64,000 nt of DNA from Patescibacteria group bacterium (GTDB lineage Bacteria > Patescibacteriota > Microgenomatia > UBA8517), in contig DATFUL010000003.1 in assembly GCA_035260845.1 (NCBI GenBank), positions 11,067 through 75,066 on the forward strand, in the 5' to 3' direction. The position numbers and the translations under genes were made by a program. Positions 36,483-45,912 of this stretch are shown piece after piece. Each line of letters opens with the position of its first letter. The stretch's first letter is position 1. The notes under the pieces were generated by a model. That model had not been told where the DNA came from, did not search any database, and saw only the letters and a program-made list of their open reading frames with translations.

Positions 36483-37154
36483 ATGATCCCCGATCACAGT
36501 AAAAATATTGTTGAAGTTAAAGATTTATCTTTTTTTTATGAAAACAATCTAGTTTTGAAAAACATAAATCTTAATATTCATAAAGGCGACTATATAGGCA
36601 TAATTGGCCCAAATGGCGGAGGTAAAACCACACTTATCAAATTGATTTTGAACCTTCTTGAAGTTAAAACAGGGTACATCCACGTTGACTGTAAAAATGT
36701 TTCTTACGTTGGACAACACGCAAGCAGTATCGACCAAAAGTTTCCAATTACAGTCAGCGAAGTTGTAAGTCTGGGCACAGACAAAGATTCCGCGTTAAAT
36801 TCAATGGATGAGGTCGGCATAAAAGAACTAAAAAATCGTATGATTGGCGAACTCTCCGGAGGGCAATTACAAAAGGTTTTTATTGCAAGAGCACTTGCAC
36901 AAAAGCCAGAAATTTTATTTTTGGATGAACCAACTAGCGGGATTGACCAAGCATCGCAAAAAGAATTTTATAAACTTCTTAAAAAACTAAATCAGGAAAT
37001 GGGAATTACACTTGTCATTATTTCCCACGATGTGGATATTATCAGTAAAGAGGCCACAGAAATTGCGGCAATTAACCAAAGCTTGGTATTTTACGGCAAA
37101 GCCTCCGAATTTATAAAGGAAGAGCACGGAATTAAATTCATTCACCATGATTAA
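36483..37154 (+). CDS. znuC: Metal ABC transporter ATP-binding protein
   Basis: Walker A GIIGPNGGGKTT, signature LSGGQLQKV, Walker B LFLDEPTSGID, H-loop ISHD. Confidence 0.85.
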   Translation: MIPDHSKNIVEVKDLSFFYENNLVLKNINLNIHKGDYIGIIGPNGGGKTTLIKLILNLLEVKTGYIHVDCKNVSYVGQHASSIDQKFPITVSEVVSLGTDKDSALNSMDEVGIKELKNRMIGELSGGQLQKVFIARALAQKPEILFLDEPTSGIDQASQKEFYKLLKKLNQEMGITLVIISHDVDIISKEATEIAAINQSLVFYGKASEFIKEEHGIKFIHHD

Positions 37155-37935
37155 TTTGTTTCAATATGATTTTGTTATTCGCGGCCTAACTGCGGGCCTT
37201 ATTATTGCAATCATTGCCCCAATTGTTGGTATTTTCTTAGTATTAAGGCGCTATTCACTTATTGCAGATACTCTTTCTCATGTATCTTTGGCTGGAATTG
37301 CTTTTGGTCTCCTTTTGGGCTTTAACCCACTTTTAACTGCAATAGGGGCCACCACAGTCTCTTCAATTGCAATTGAAAGGCTAAGGCTTTCCAAAAAAGT
37401 TTATGGTGAAAGTGCACTCGCATTATTTTTATCTGGAAGTTTGGCGGTTGCAGTAATTTTGATTAGTATTTCGCACGGATTTAATTCGACTCTGTTCAAC
37501 TACCTATTTGGCAGTATCGCGACTGTTACTCAAAATGATATCTATACAGTACTTATTTTGGGCATAATTGTTGTGGTATCCATTGTAATTCTCTACAAAA
37601 AACTACTTTTTATTACTTTTGATGAAGATGCCGCAAAAGTCGATGGTATAAATGTTAGTTTAATAAACACAATCTTTATAATTTTAGCTGCCATAACAAT
37701 TTCGCTTGCAATTCCAATTGTAGGAATTTTACTCATTTCGGCACTTCTTATTATTCCTGTTCTTACAGCACTTCAATTCAAGAAATCATTTATTCCAACA
37801 ATTTTAATTGCCCAGGCAGTATCAGTTTTTTCTGTAATCACCGGAGTTGTTGTTTCATTTTACTTTGACCTTGCCCCAGGCGGAACCATTGTTTTACTTA
37901 ATTTGATTATCTTTTTAATCATTAGTATTTTCTAA
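37147..37935 (+). CDS. znuB: Metal ABC transporter permease (ABC-3 family)
   Basis: 262 aa, 8-9 TM segments, overlaps znuC by 8 nt; a typical ZnuB/MntB permease layout. Confidence 0.75.
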   Translation: MINLFQYDFVIRGLTAGLIIAIIAPIVGIFLVLRRYSLIADTLSHVSLAGIAFGLLLGFNPLLTAIGATTVSSIAIERLRLSKKVYGESALALFLSGSLAVAVILISISHGFNSTLFNYLFGSIATVTQNDIYTVLILGIIVVVSIVILYKKLLFITFDEDAAKVDGINVSLINTIFIILAAITISLAIPIVGILLISALLIIPVLTALQFKKSFIPTILIAQAVSVFSVITGVVVSFYFDLAPGGTIVLLNLIIFLIISIF

Positions 37936-37936
37936 A

Positions 37937-39049
37937 ATGAAAAAGCTTCTAGCTGTGTTTTTGTTTTTAATAGCATTGTTTTTCAATTCCACCAACATTG
38001 TCCGGGCGGAGGATGAATTCTTCAAAGCAAAAGTCACGGCAATAACAAATCAAGGACAAATAATAAATGATTCCGGAACCTTTCTCTACCAAGAAATAAA
38101 TTTAAAAGCCCTTGATGGTGGTTTAAAAGATAAAACAATTAATATTTCTTATGGAAAAGACACAAACCTGACTGCGGCCCAATTATTAAATGTTGGTGAT
38201 ATCGTAGTAGTTGATAAAACCATGGGCTCGAATGGAAGTAACATATACCAAATTACCGATAGATATAGATTAAATTCAGTTGTTCCAATACTAATTTTCT
38301 TCTTCCTAATTGTCATTGGTTTAAGCCAACTAAAAGGCGTTGGGTCAATTTTGGGAATGTTCATTAGCCTTGGAGTAATAATTGGTTATATTGTTCCACA
38401 GATTTTAAAAGGCCAAAACCCACTAATGGTAAGTGTCGTGGGATGCCTTTTTATCATGATTACTACTATATATTTAGCACACGGTTTTTCTAGAAAGACT
38501 ACTATTGCTGTAATTTCTACATTCCTAACTTTGGTTGGAACTGCAATCCTTGCTTCATTGTTTGTAAAGATGACTTTTTTGACTGGTCTTGGTAACGATG
38601 ACGCATCTTCTTTAAGGTTCGGTTTAACTACAGCAAACATAGATTTTAGAGGACTTTTATTGGGCGGAATTTTAATAGGAACTTTGGGGGTTCTTGATGA
38701 TGTTACAACTGGGTTATCTGCTTCTATTTATGAACTTATTAAGGTAAATCCCAAAATAAAATTTACTGAGCTATTTAAGTCCGGTCTTGCTATAGGCAAA
38801 GAGCATATTTCTTCTCTTGTTAACACACTTGTTCTTGCTTATGCAGGGGCGTCGCTACCTATATTTATAATTATTATTCTTAATCCAAACCACTACCCAC
38901 TTTGGCTAATATTAAATGATGGGCTTATTATAGAAGAGGTTGTAAGGACGCTTGCAGGAAGTATTGGTTTGGTAGCCGCGGTTCCATTAACAACTCTTAT
39001 GGCCGCATTTTATTTTGCCAAAATCCGCCGCCCAACTCTTTCTGAATAA
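37937..39049 (+). CDS. YibE/F-like polytopic membrane protein (tentative family call)
   Basis: Signal peptide, an extracytoplasmic domain of about 100 aa, then about 7 TM segments; Gly-rich TM helices. No catalytic motif. Confidence 0.35.
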   Translation: MKKLLAVFLFLIALFFNSTNIVRAEDEFFKAKVTAITNQGQIINDSGTFLYQEINLKALDGGLKDKTINISYGKDTNLTAAQLLNVGDIVVVDKTMGSNGSNIYQITDRYRLNSVVPILIFFFLIVIGLSQLKGVGSILGMFISLGVIIGYIVPQILKGQNPLMVSVVGCLFIMITTIYLAHGFSRKTTIAVISTFLTLVGTAILASLFVKMTFLTGLGNDDASSLRFGLTTANIDFRGLLLGGILIGTLGVLDDVTTGLSASIYELIKVNPKIKFTELFKSGLAIGKEHISSLVNTLVLAYAGASLPIFIIIILNPNHYPLWLILNDGLIIEEVVRTLAGSIGLVAAVPLTTLMAAFYFAKIRRPTLSE

Positions 39050-39558
39050 ATTTTCCTTTCAATTACTTCTTCCAAAACTTCATCGGGATTTGGTAAGGTT
39101 TGTCCATGCGGCCAATAACCCATGATCCTTAAAAGATTTGTAACAAAATTAAGCCTTAGTTCTTTTAATTTATTTTCTGTTTTCAATTTATTAAGTGAGG
39201 ATAGAATTAAATTAAAAAGCTCGTGATTTTGCTCGTTTTCGTGAGTAATTTTGCCAACTACCTCCATAAGGTAGTAGGCGAGCGTAATTTTAGGCAGGCT
39301 ATTCCTTATCTCCTTAAAATCATCAGATATGTCTGCTTCAGTTAACATGTCTAGCCCATGCCCCGAATTTGCTTGAAATTTAACTAAAGAAAAAACTTCT
39401 AAATGCCCGCGCTTTTTACTTTTTGGCCGTCTTATCCCCTTGGCGATTAAACTAATTCTGCCACGATCACTGGAATAAATAGAAAGAATTCTATCGGCTT
39501 CTCCATAATTTTTACGCCCAAGTACAATTCCGAGGGAAGAATATGAATGAGGTGTCAT
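39010..39558 (-). CDS. recO: DNA repair protein RecO (short form, 182 aa)
   Basis: N-terminal OB-fold signature GIVLGRKNYGEADRILSIYSSDRGRISLIAKGIRRPKSKKRGHLE. The C-terminal zinc-finger region appears absent or diverged. Confidence 0.65.
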   Translation of the reverse strand: MTPHSYSSLGIVLGRKNYGEADRILSIYSSDRGRISLIAKGIRRPKSKKRGHLEVFSLVKFQANSGHGLDMLTEADISDDFKEIRNSLPKITLAYYLMEVVGKITHENEQNHELFNLILSSLNKLKTENKLKELRLNFVTNLLRIMGYWPHGQTLPNPDEVLEEVIERKIYSERVGRRILAK

Positions 39559-39611
39559 TCGCTAATTCTAACATCTAGGTTTTATTTTGAGTATTTGGTA
39601 AAATACTGACC

Positions 39612-39977
39612 ATGAATGCAGAACACTTTGAGACTAACGATGAGGATCCAATTTATAATATAGGGGACCAGATAGTGAATAAAATAATAGATTCTTTCTC
39701 ATTAAATGCATCTCGAAACAAGGAATTCGCTGAAATGATATCAATCGAATATGCTCAATATACAAAGACATTGTTATTGTACGAGGATATCACAGGAACC
39801 GAGATACAAGAGTACGTGGTGTGGTCCCGCGCCATGAGCGATGCAGTAGATGGAAATTGGACACAGATGCAAAGGATTTTAAACAATCTTGGCAACGATT
39901 TCGTTACAGGTGAGAATCATAAAATACAAGATGAAGAGTTTGGAACCTCTTTAATTAACCTTTCCCGATCACTTTAA
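39612..39977 (+). CDS. Hypothetical small acidic cytoplasmic protein (121 aa)
   Basis: Only a plus-strand ORF between two convergent minus-strand genes; no motifs. The coding call itself is tentative. Confidence 0.35.
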   Translation: MNAEHFETNDEDPIYNIGDQIVNKIIDSFSLNASRNKEFAEMISIEYAQYTKTLLLYEDITGTEIQEYVVWSRAMSDAVDGNWTQMQRILNNLGNDFVTGENHKIQDEEFGTSLINLSRSL

Positions 39978-39984
39978 AGTTAAA

Positions 39985-41988
39985 TCAGAGCCCTATTTTA
40001 ACTTCTTTATCTGTCTTTAGATAGAACTCCTGCTGGGTACGCCCCACTTTAACTGTATAAAGATAATCGTTGGCACCAGGTTGTTTTTGAATCAAAAGTT
40101 TGTATTGACCTTTAACCTTGAACGGCAATTTGTATTGAATAGTGACTTTAGCCAGGCCTTCTGGTCTAAGTTGGAAATACCCCGCAAAAACAGTTTTACC
40201 CAAGTCTTCATATGGATCAGCTTTCGTTTCCACTCCGTCCATGGCAACAAGTGTGCTTCCTTTGGGTACATAAACACGAACCCAGGTTGGTAAGACCGAA
40301 TTAAGCCAGCCATCTTGTTTTTCTGGATTTTTATAAGTAATTACTAAAGTTTTAGTTACAGTTCCATCTCCGGCAATTTTTATATCCTGTTCCACATCTT
40401 CAGTTGAATAAAGATTGGATTTACGTCCTCCTAAATTGGCATCATTTATGTGTAAATAATCACCGTCATAATCTTTGATTACTCCACCAATTCCAAAGTC
40501 TGTGACAGCCTTTTGAACTTTGGGATCATTAATATAAAACAAAACATCTTTTTCCATTACAGAATTAAACACGGCCGAGAAAAGTGCTGCTAATTTTTCT
40601 TTCGGCTGCCCCATTGCATTTGCCAAAATAGAGTTCATTAGGGGTCCAATTATTTTCTTTCTATTTTCAGAGTTTGCGGGGCGCTGAATAATCTTACCTG
40701 TTAATGGATCCCATATAATTGGACCCTCAACGTCTGCATATGCCTCAAGCGCATGAATTACCTGGGAACAATTACACTGCGGGTCAATCGCTGTACTAAA
40801 ATTACCAAATCCGGGAACACCAATCGGCCCGATTACGCTTAACAAGTTATCAAGAACTTTTGTATCAACTGCAATTATGCCATCAATATTCTTGACACCA
40901 ACTTGGGACAAGACCGGAGAAACCATTTCCATACTTTTGGTAAAGTCTGGTGACCAATTCATATCTCTTAAACGCAAATTCTGAGATAAAACGTATGGAC
41001 CTTTTATGTATTTAATAATTGGGTCTGGGGCTTTAATGCTTGGCTTATACTTTGCATCTAAATTATAGATGTCATCGCTTAATGTTGGGTTAAATTTGGC
41101 TTTATCCACCTTCATAATGGCATAGGCCGTCATAAACCCTCCAGTCGGCCTAAGTTCTTTATCGTTTTGGAAAAGGACAAAGTAAGTTCGAGGCGAGTCC
41201 ATTCCAAGAAGGTAGGGTGCATTTTCTATTAAAGGCTTACCATTAACCAAGAGGTTCGAGGTTTCATCAATCAAATCTTGTGCAAGTTTGATATTGCTTC
41301 TTATTTTCTTTCCCTTAATCTCTTCCGGGTACCTTTCTGCTTTAATTTGAGATGTTTCACTTTCCATGACCTTCATCTTTCCGGAAATATTATCTATTTG
41401 AGGAAGAAGGCTTGGCAAACTCTTAACTATAAAGTCAATTCTGTCTTGAGCAGTTTTTGCACCATCCGCTGCTGGAGCTGCCTGTTGACCATTTGTTCCT
41501 TTAAGTCCTAAGAGATCTGAGTATGGCTCTATTGTTGTTATAACAATTTGCCCGGCGTCCATACCGGCTTGTGCTGCGTTAACTGCGTGGCCAAGATCAG
41601 AAACATAACCACCAAAATATGGAATTATTCTAGTCCAGGAAAGTAAAATGTATGACGTCTTAAAGTCAGAGAGGGCTTTACTGGTTGATGTGATTTGGGT
41701 TTTTATCTGAGATAAATCTTGTGATTTGGCGGAAGATTCCAGATTTTTAATCGATTTATACAAAACAAGGCCTTTTTGATATGTTAAAAATGCAGGGATT
41801 CCTACAGCAACTAAAAGTATCAAAATAAAAGCCATAATGCCTACTCCCACCCTAAGGAAAGCACTAGTAGGGTTTTTTACTTCTTCTCTTGCCTCCATGG
41901 CTTCCGGGGCCCCTGCATCTACTTCAATCTTAGGAATCAAAACTGAATCAGGCTCAATTTGAGGAATATTAATTTCGTCGACAGTCAT
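39985..41988 (-). CDS. Large N-terminally anchored extracytoplasmic protein (667 aa). Possibly a DUF4012-type protein of the kind found next to priming sugar transferases.
   Basis: A cytoplasmic N-terminus of about 45 aa, one TM (VGVGIMAFILILLVAVGIPAFL), then a long exported domain. Immediately upstream of the phosphoglycosyl transferase gene. The family assignment is from memory of typical locus architecture, not from a motif. Confidence 0.4.
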   Translation of the reverse strand: MTVDEINIPQIEPDSVLIPKIEVDAGAPEAMEAREEVKNPTSAFLRVGVGIMAFILILLVAVGIPAFLTYQKGLVLYKSIKNLESSAKSQDLSQIKTQITSTSKALSDFKTSYILLSWTRIIPYFGGYVSDLGHAVNAAQAGMDAGQIVITTIEPYSDLLGLKGTNGQQAAPAADGAKTAQDRIDFIVKSLPSLLPQIDNISGKMKVMESETSQIKAERYPEEIKGKKIRSNIKLAQDLIDETSNLLVNGKPLIENAPYLLGMDSPRTYFVLFQNDKELRPTGGFMTAYAIMKVDKAKFNPTLSDDIYNLDAKYKPSIKAPDPIIKYIKGPYVLSQNLRLRDMNWSPDFTKSMEMVSPVLSQVGVKNIDGIIAVDTKVLDNLLSVIGPIGVPGFGNFSTAIDPQCNCSQVIHALEAYADVEGPIIWDPLTGKIIQRPANSENRKKIIGPLMNSILANAMGQPKEKLAALFSAVFNSVMEKDVLFYINDPKVQKAVTDFGIGGVIKDYDGDYLHINDANLGGRKSNLYSTEDVEQDIKIAGDGTVTKTLVITYKNPEKQDGWLNSVLPTWVRVYVPKGSTLVAMDGVETKADPYEDLGKTVFAGYFQLRPEGLAKVTIQYKLPFKVKGQYKLLIQKQPGANDYLYTVKVGRTQQEFYLKTDKEVKIGL

Positions 41989-42009
41989 ACAGTAAATAGT
42001 ATCACAAAA

Positions 42010-42657
42010 TTATACAGCGTTCTTTCCACTAATCATTACGAACGGAGTTTTGGCGATTATCATTAGATCCATTAAAAGCGATTTCTTACGGGCATAGTTT
42101 GCATCCATTTCGATACGTTTATCAAAATTTATGCTGCTCCTTCCGGAAACCTGCCAAAAACCGGTAATACCTGGCTTAACAGTCTGGGTTTCTTTGACAT
42201 ATTTAGCAGTATTTGGATAAACTTTTTGCTGTTCTTCAAGCTCAAGTGCGTGATATGGCCTGGGACCCACAAGACTCATGTCCCCCTTAAGAACATTAAA
42301 AAGTTGAGGCATTTCGTCGATGGAAAACTTTCTTATAAATTTACCAAATTTGGTAACTCTGGGGTCTTCATGCAGTTTAAAATTAGACCTCTTCCATTCT
42401 GTATAAAGCTTTTTAAATTTTGGGTCCCGTGTTAATACTGAGTCTGAATAAACTGGCATAGACCTAAATTTAAAAAGTCTAAAGATTTTGCCATTTTTAC
42501 CAATTCGTCTCATGTGTGAGTTTCCCGGCTCAACCAATACCGGTCCGGGAGCTGTGATTTTAATAATAATTGCTGTAAGAAGCATTACAGGTAAAAATAA
42601 AATAATTAGGAAAAGAGAGGTGGCAACATCAATTATGCGTTTTAAAAAATCATACAT
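42010..42657 (-). CDS. Monotopic (small, PglC-like) polyprenyl-phosphate phosphoglycosyl transferase, the priming enzyme of glycan assembly
   Basis: Single N-terminal TM plus the bacterial sugar-transferase domain: DEMPQLFNVLKGDMSLVGPRP, PGITGFWQVSGR. Confidence 0.85.
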   Translation of the reverse strand: MYDFLKRIIDVATSLFLIILFLPVMLLTAIIIKITAPGPVLVEPGNSHMRRIGKNGKIFRLFKFRSMPVYSDSVLTRDPKFKKLYTEWKRSNFKLHEDPRVTKFGKFIRKFSIDEMPQLFNVLKGDMSLVGPRPYHALELEEQQKVYPNTAKYVKETQTVKPGITGFWQVSGRSSINFDKRIEMDANYARKKSLLMDLMIIAKTPFVMISGKNAV

Positions 42658-42664
42658 ATAATTT

Positions 42665-43807
42665 CTAGAGGAGATCTGTTCTTTTTTCCGCCTTTAACTT
42701 TTCTACAATCTTTTTAACATCCTGTGCGTGGCTTTTTGACATAACCAATAGAGCCTCTTTTGTATCTACAATAACAAGATTATCTACATCAATAACTGCA
42801 ACAAGCCTACCATCTGTGTGGATTAAAGCATCTGTTGTATCAATATTGACTACTTCTCCACCTTCCTCTTCACCTGAAATTATTACATTCCCCTGACTAT
42901 CCTTAGGAAGATTTTTCCAAACCTCATTCCAGTCTCCAATGTCAGTCCAATTATAATCAGCCAAAATCATAAAGAAATTATTTGCTTTTTCTGAAACTGC
43001 ATAATCAACTGATATTTTTTCAAATTTTTTATACTCGCGCATCATCGTTTCAGATAAAGTTGGTTTTCCAATGTGATTAGCTATATCTTTCATACCTTTT
43101 GACAAAATGGGTGCATATTTTTCGATTGCAGAAAGAAAGGCATCTGCTCTCCAAACATAATGGTTGGCATTCCAAAAATATTCTCCTGAGTCTGTAAATT
43201 TTTTAGCTAATTCTATCGGTGGCTTCTCTACAAACTTATCTAATTTAAAAACAAATCTACCCTCAGAAACATCTACTTTTTCACCTTTTTTAAGATGCCC
43301 CATTCCTGTATGTGGATATAAAGGTTTTATTCCGATTGACATTAAACATTTGTTTTCAAACGCATATTTAGAAGCTGCGAACATGGTTTTTTCATAATTA
43401 AGTTGAGGGCTTACAAAATGGTCTGAAGCGGCGTTTATTATAACCGCATCAGGATCCTTATTGAGGATAAAAGTTGCTCCAAGTGCGTGAGCGGCAGCAC
43501 TGTCTTTTCTTTCCGGCTCAACCAATACGTTTTCCTTTGGAATTTTTGGGAGAAGTTCTTTAATTTTATCACCATAGGATTTAGTTGTTGTTACAACAAA
43601 TATTTTTTCCCACGGGAGCATTTTACTTAAACGTTCGCCTGTAATTTCTGTCAAAGTCTTACCACCAAATATCTTTAAAAATTGCTTAGGAGTTTTTTCA
43701 AGAGACTTTGGCCAAAGACGCGTGCCTCCGCCTCCTGCCAAAATTAGTGCGTACAAGTGCTTCTTGTAATTGTCTTTTGAAAATCGTTTTAGAAAACTTT
43801 CGAGCAT
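42665..43807 (-). CDS. manC: Mannose-1-phosphate guanylyltransferase (GDP-mannose pyrophosphorylase, ManC type without a PMI domain)
   Basis: YALILAGGGGTRLWPKS...PKQFL (NTP-transferase G-loop), then a left-handed beta-helix-free cupin-like C-terminus. The real start is probably downstream of the annotated ATG, which reduces the 110-nt overlap with the next gene. Confidence 0.75.
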   Translation of the reverse strand: MLESFLKRFSKDNYKKHLYALILAGGGGTRLWPKSLEKTPKQFLKIFGGKTLTEITGERLSKMLPWEKIFVVTTTKSYGDKIKELLPKIPKENVLVEPERKDSAAAHALGATFILNKDPDAVIINAASDHFVSPQLNYEKTMFAASKYAFENKCLMSIGIKPLYPHTGMGHLKKGEKVDVSEGRFVFKLDKFVEKPPIELAKKFTDSGEYFWNANHYVWRADAFLSAIEKYAPILSKGMKDIANHIGKPTLSETMMREYKKFEKISVDYAVSEKANNFFMILADYNWTDIGDWNEVWKNLPKDSQGNVIISGEEEGGEVVNIDTTDALIHTDGRLVAVIDVDNLVIVDTKEALLVMSKSHAQDVKKIVEKLKAEKRTDLL

Positions 43808-44825
43808 TTGTTCTTAATATTCTCTCACTAAATCGCATTTTAGCAAACTTTTCAACTCCCTGCATTAAACTTTTCACAGTCTGAGATTTGAATAGAACTC
43901 CAGTTTTACCATCTACAACCGTATCTAATGCTCCACCTTTTTTATAAGCTATAACAGGTACAGACCTTCCTTGAGCTTCGACTGCAACAATGCCAAAATC
44001 CTCTTCCTGGGGCATAATGAGTGCGATTGCATGTCGATAGTATTCAGATAGCCTTTTTTCAGAAACTTTACCAACAAATTTTATATTAGGCTTTGCAATC
44101 TTCATCAATTTCTTTTTCTCTCTTCCGGCTCCAACGATAACTAGCGGATCTTGAAGTTTATTGAAGGCCTTAATTGCTAGATCAACTTTCTTATAACCAT
44201 AATCTAATCTTGATACTAACAAGTAGTATTTTTTGGATTTTGACTTACGAGCGACTACTTCTACTGGTGGAAATATTATTTCTGAATCTCTTTTATAATA
44301 TTTACTTATCCGTTTTTGAACCTCAGTTGAAATTGCAATGATTTTATCGGGCCGACCCGCAGCTTTTTTATCCCACCATTTTAGATAACTGACAATTGGC
44401 TTAGTGACAGCTTTAAAGGCGGGGTCTTTAAAGTATTCATCGTAATGGCTCCACAAATACCGTGTCGGTGTCAGGCAATAACAAATATGGACTGTACCTG
44501 GTTTTATTTTGATGCCTTTTGCCGCTTCCGAAGTTACTGAAATAACTAAATCAAAATCTGAGAAATCAAACGATTCAAATGCGAATGACATAAAAGTGGC
44601 TAAAAATTCATGGTTGTTTTTGGCAAAAGGAATATTTTGCAAAAATGAAGTTTTTATACTGGGAAAAACTTTTGCCCATTTTGCTTGTTTTGAGTCATAT
44701 ACCGAAGTATAAAGAGGGGCTTCGGGAAACATTTCATGGATCGCTAGAAGAACACGTTCAGCGCCACCCCATTTATTTACCCGATCGTAGACTATCGCTA
44801 CTTTCTTTTTTAATTGCTTCTGCAT
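43698..44825 (-). CDS. GT4-family (GT-B) glycosyltransferase
   Basis: Glycos_transf_1-type C-terminal domain with the E-x7-E-like region (VPVIAYKKGGALDTV). Confidence 0.75.
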   Translation of the reverse strand: MQKQLKKKVAIVYDRVNKWGGAERVLLAIHEMFPEAPLYTSVYDSKQAKWAKVFPSIKTSFLQNIPFAKNNHEFLATFMSFAFESFDFSDFDLVISVTSEAAKGIKIKPGTVHICYCLTPTRYLWSHYDEYFKDPAFKAVTKPIVSYLKWWDKKAAGRPDKIIAISTEVQKRISKYYKRDSEIIFPPVEVVARKSKSKKYYLLVSRLDYGYKKVDLAIKAFNKLQDPLVIVGAGREKKKLMKIAKPNIKFVGKVSEKRLSEYYRHAIALIMPQEEDFGIVAVEAQGRSVPVIAYKKGGALDTVVDGKTGVLFKSQTVKSLMQGVEKFAKMRFSERILRTNARKFSKTIFKRQLQEALVRTNFGRRRRHASLAKVS

Positions 44826-45912
44826 ATATATCTAGAGTTTCTTTGGCCATTTTAGCCCAAGAATATTTTTTTACAAATTTTTGCCCCTCCAAAATTTTAT
44901 TTTTTCTTTCATTTGGATTCATTTCTATAGCAGCTTTCATTATTTTCTCGATTGAAGAAAAGTCTAATTGATTAAAATATAGAGCGTGATTAGTGTAGAT
45001 TTCCTTAAAAACAGGAATCTCTGATGCAAGTACTAATGCACCAGCATTCATGGCTTCAAGTCCAGGAAGACCAAATCCTTCAGAAAGAGATGGAAATACA
45101 AACCCTAATGATTTTTGATACAACCCACCAAGTTCATTGTCTGGTACAAATCCAACAAGTTTAACCAAAACCTCAGCCTTCAAGTCAGCTACTATTTTTT
45201 CAAGCCTTTTTGTAAAAACATTTCTGGCAGATGCAATCACTAAAATTATCTTTTTATCACGATTAGTATTCAAAAGTACCAGGGCCTGAATCAATCTTTT
45301 TAAGTTTTTGTGGGGATAAGCATTACCCGTATAAACAAAATAGGGATTTTCAAATTTAAGATTATTTGAAGAAGATATATTGTTATCGAGCCCTTCGTAA
45401 GTCACAGTGATTTTGTTTTGTGTCGTCGGATATTTTTTAACTAGCTCACTTTTTATTGCATGGCTGGGAACTATAATCCTAATGGATTTATTAACAGCTG
45501 TATCAAAAACTAAACGATATGCCGATCTTTTAATAAAATATATTGGAGCGGGTAGTGTTGTTGCCAACATCCCAGACTGCGTATGCATCAAAAGATCGTG
45601 AATCGTAACTACATAAGGCCCTTTGTAAAAAATAGGGACATTGAAATGGGGGAAATGAACCAAATCTGGGTTTTGATTTTTAATAAGACCTGGAAGAATA
45701 AATTGTTCCTGAAAGCTATAATGCCTAAAGTCTGCAAGAATTTTCTGCCAATTACTTGGTAATATTAATGAATCAAAATATTTTTTGCGTAGAAGTATTA
45801 CGTACTGAGTAGTTGTATCAGTTTTTGATAATTCAAGAATTAAATTATTTAGATATCTTCCTAAGCCAGCATTCTCAAGTCCATAAAGACGTGCGTCAAT
45901 TAATAGTCTCAT
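44773..45912 (-). CDS. GT4-family glycosyltransferase
   Basis: C-terminal GFVFPSLSEGFGLPGLEAMNAGALVLASEIPVFKEI (EX7E motif). Confidence 0.8.
   Translation of the reverse strand: MRLLIDARLYGLENAGLGRYLNNLILELSKTDTTTQYVILLRKKYFDSLILPSNWQKILADFRHYSFQEQFILPGLIKNQNPDLVHFPHFNVPIFYKGPYVVTIHDLLMHTQSGMLATTLPAPIYFIKRSAYRLVFDTAVNKSIRIIVPSHAIKSELVKKYPTTQNKITVTYEGLDNNISSSNNLKFENPYFVYTGNAYPHKNLKRLIQALVLLNTNRDKKIILVIASARNVFTKRLEKIVADLKAEVLVKLVGFVPDNELGGLYQKSLGFVFPSLSEGFGLPGLEAMNAGALVLASEIPVFKEIYTNHALYFNQLDFSSIEKIMKAAIEMNPNERKNKILEGQKFVKKYSWAKMAKETLDIYAEAIKKESSDSLRSGK

Noticed and set aside
39612-39977. Small plus-strand ORF as a toxin-antitoxin component
   Set aside because: No adjacent small partner gene and no recognisable toxin or antitoxin fold; left as hypothetical.
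43698-43807. Possible frameshifted or pseudogenised GT4/manC junction (110-nt overlap, Arg-rich GT4 C-terminus)
   Set aside because: Both ORFs are full length with intact motifs. The overlap most likely reflects an over-extended manC start (the G-loop lies 20 codons in), not a disrupted gene.
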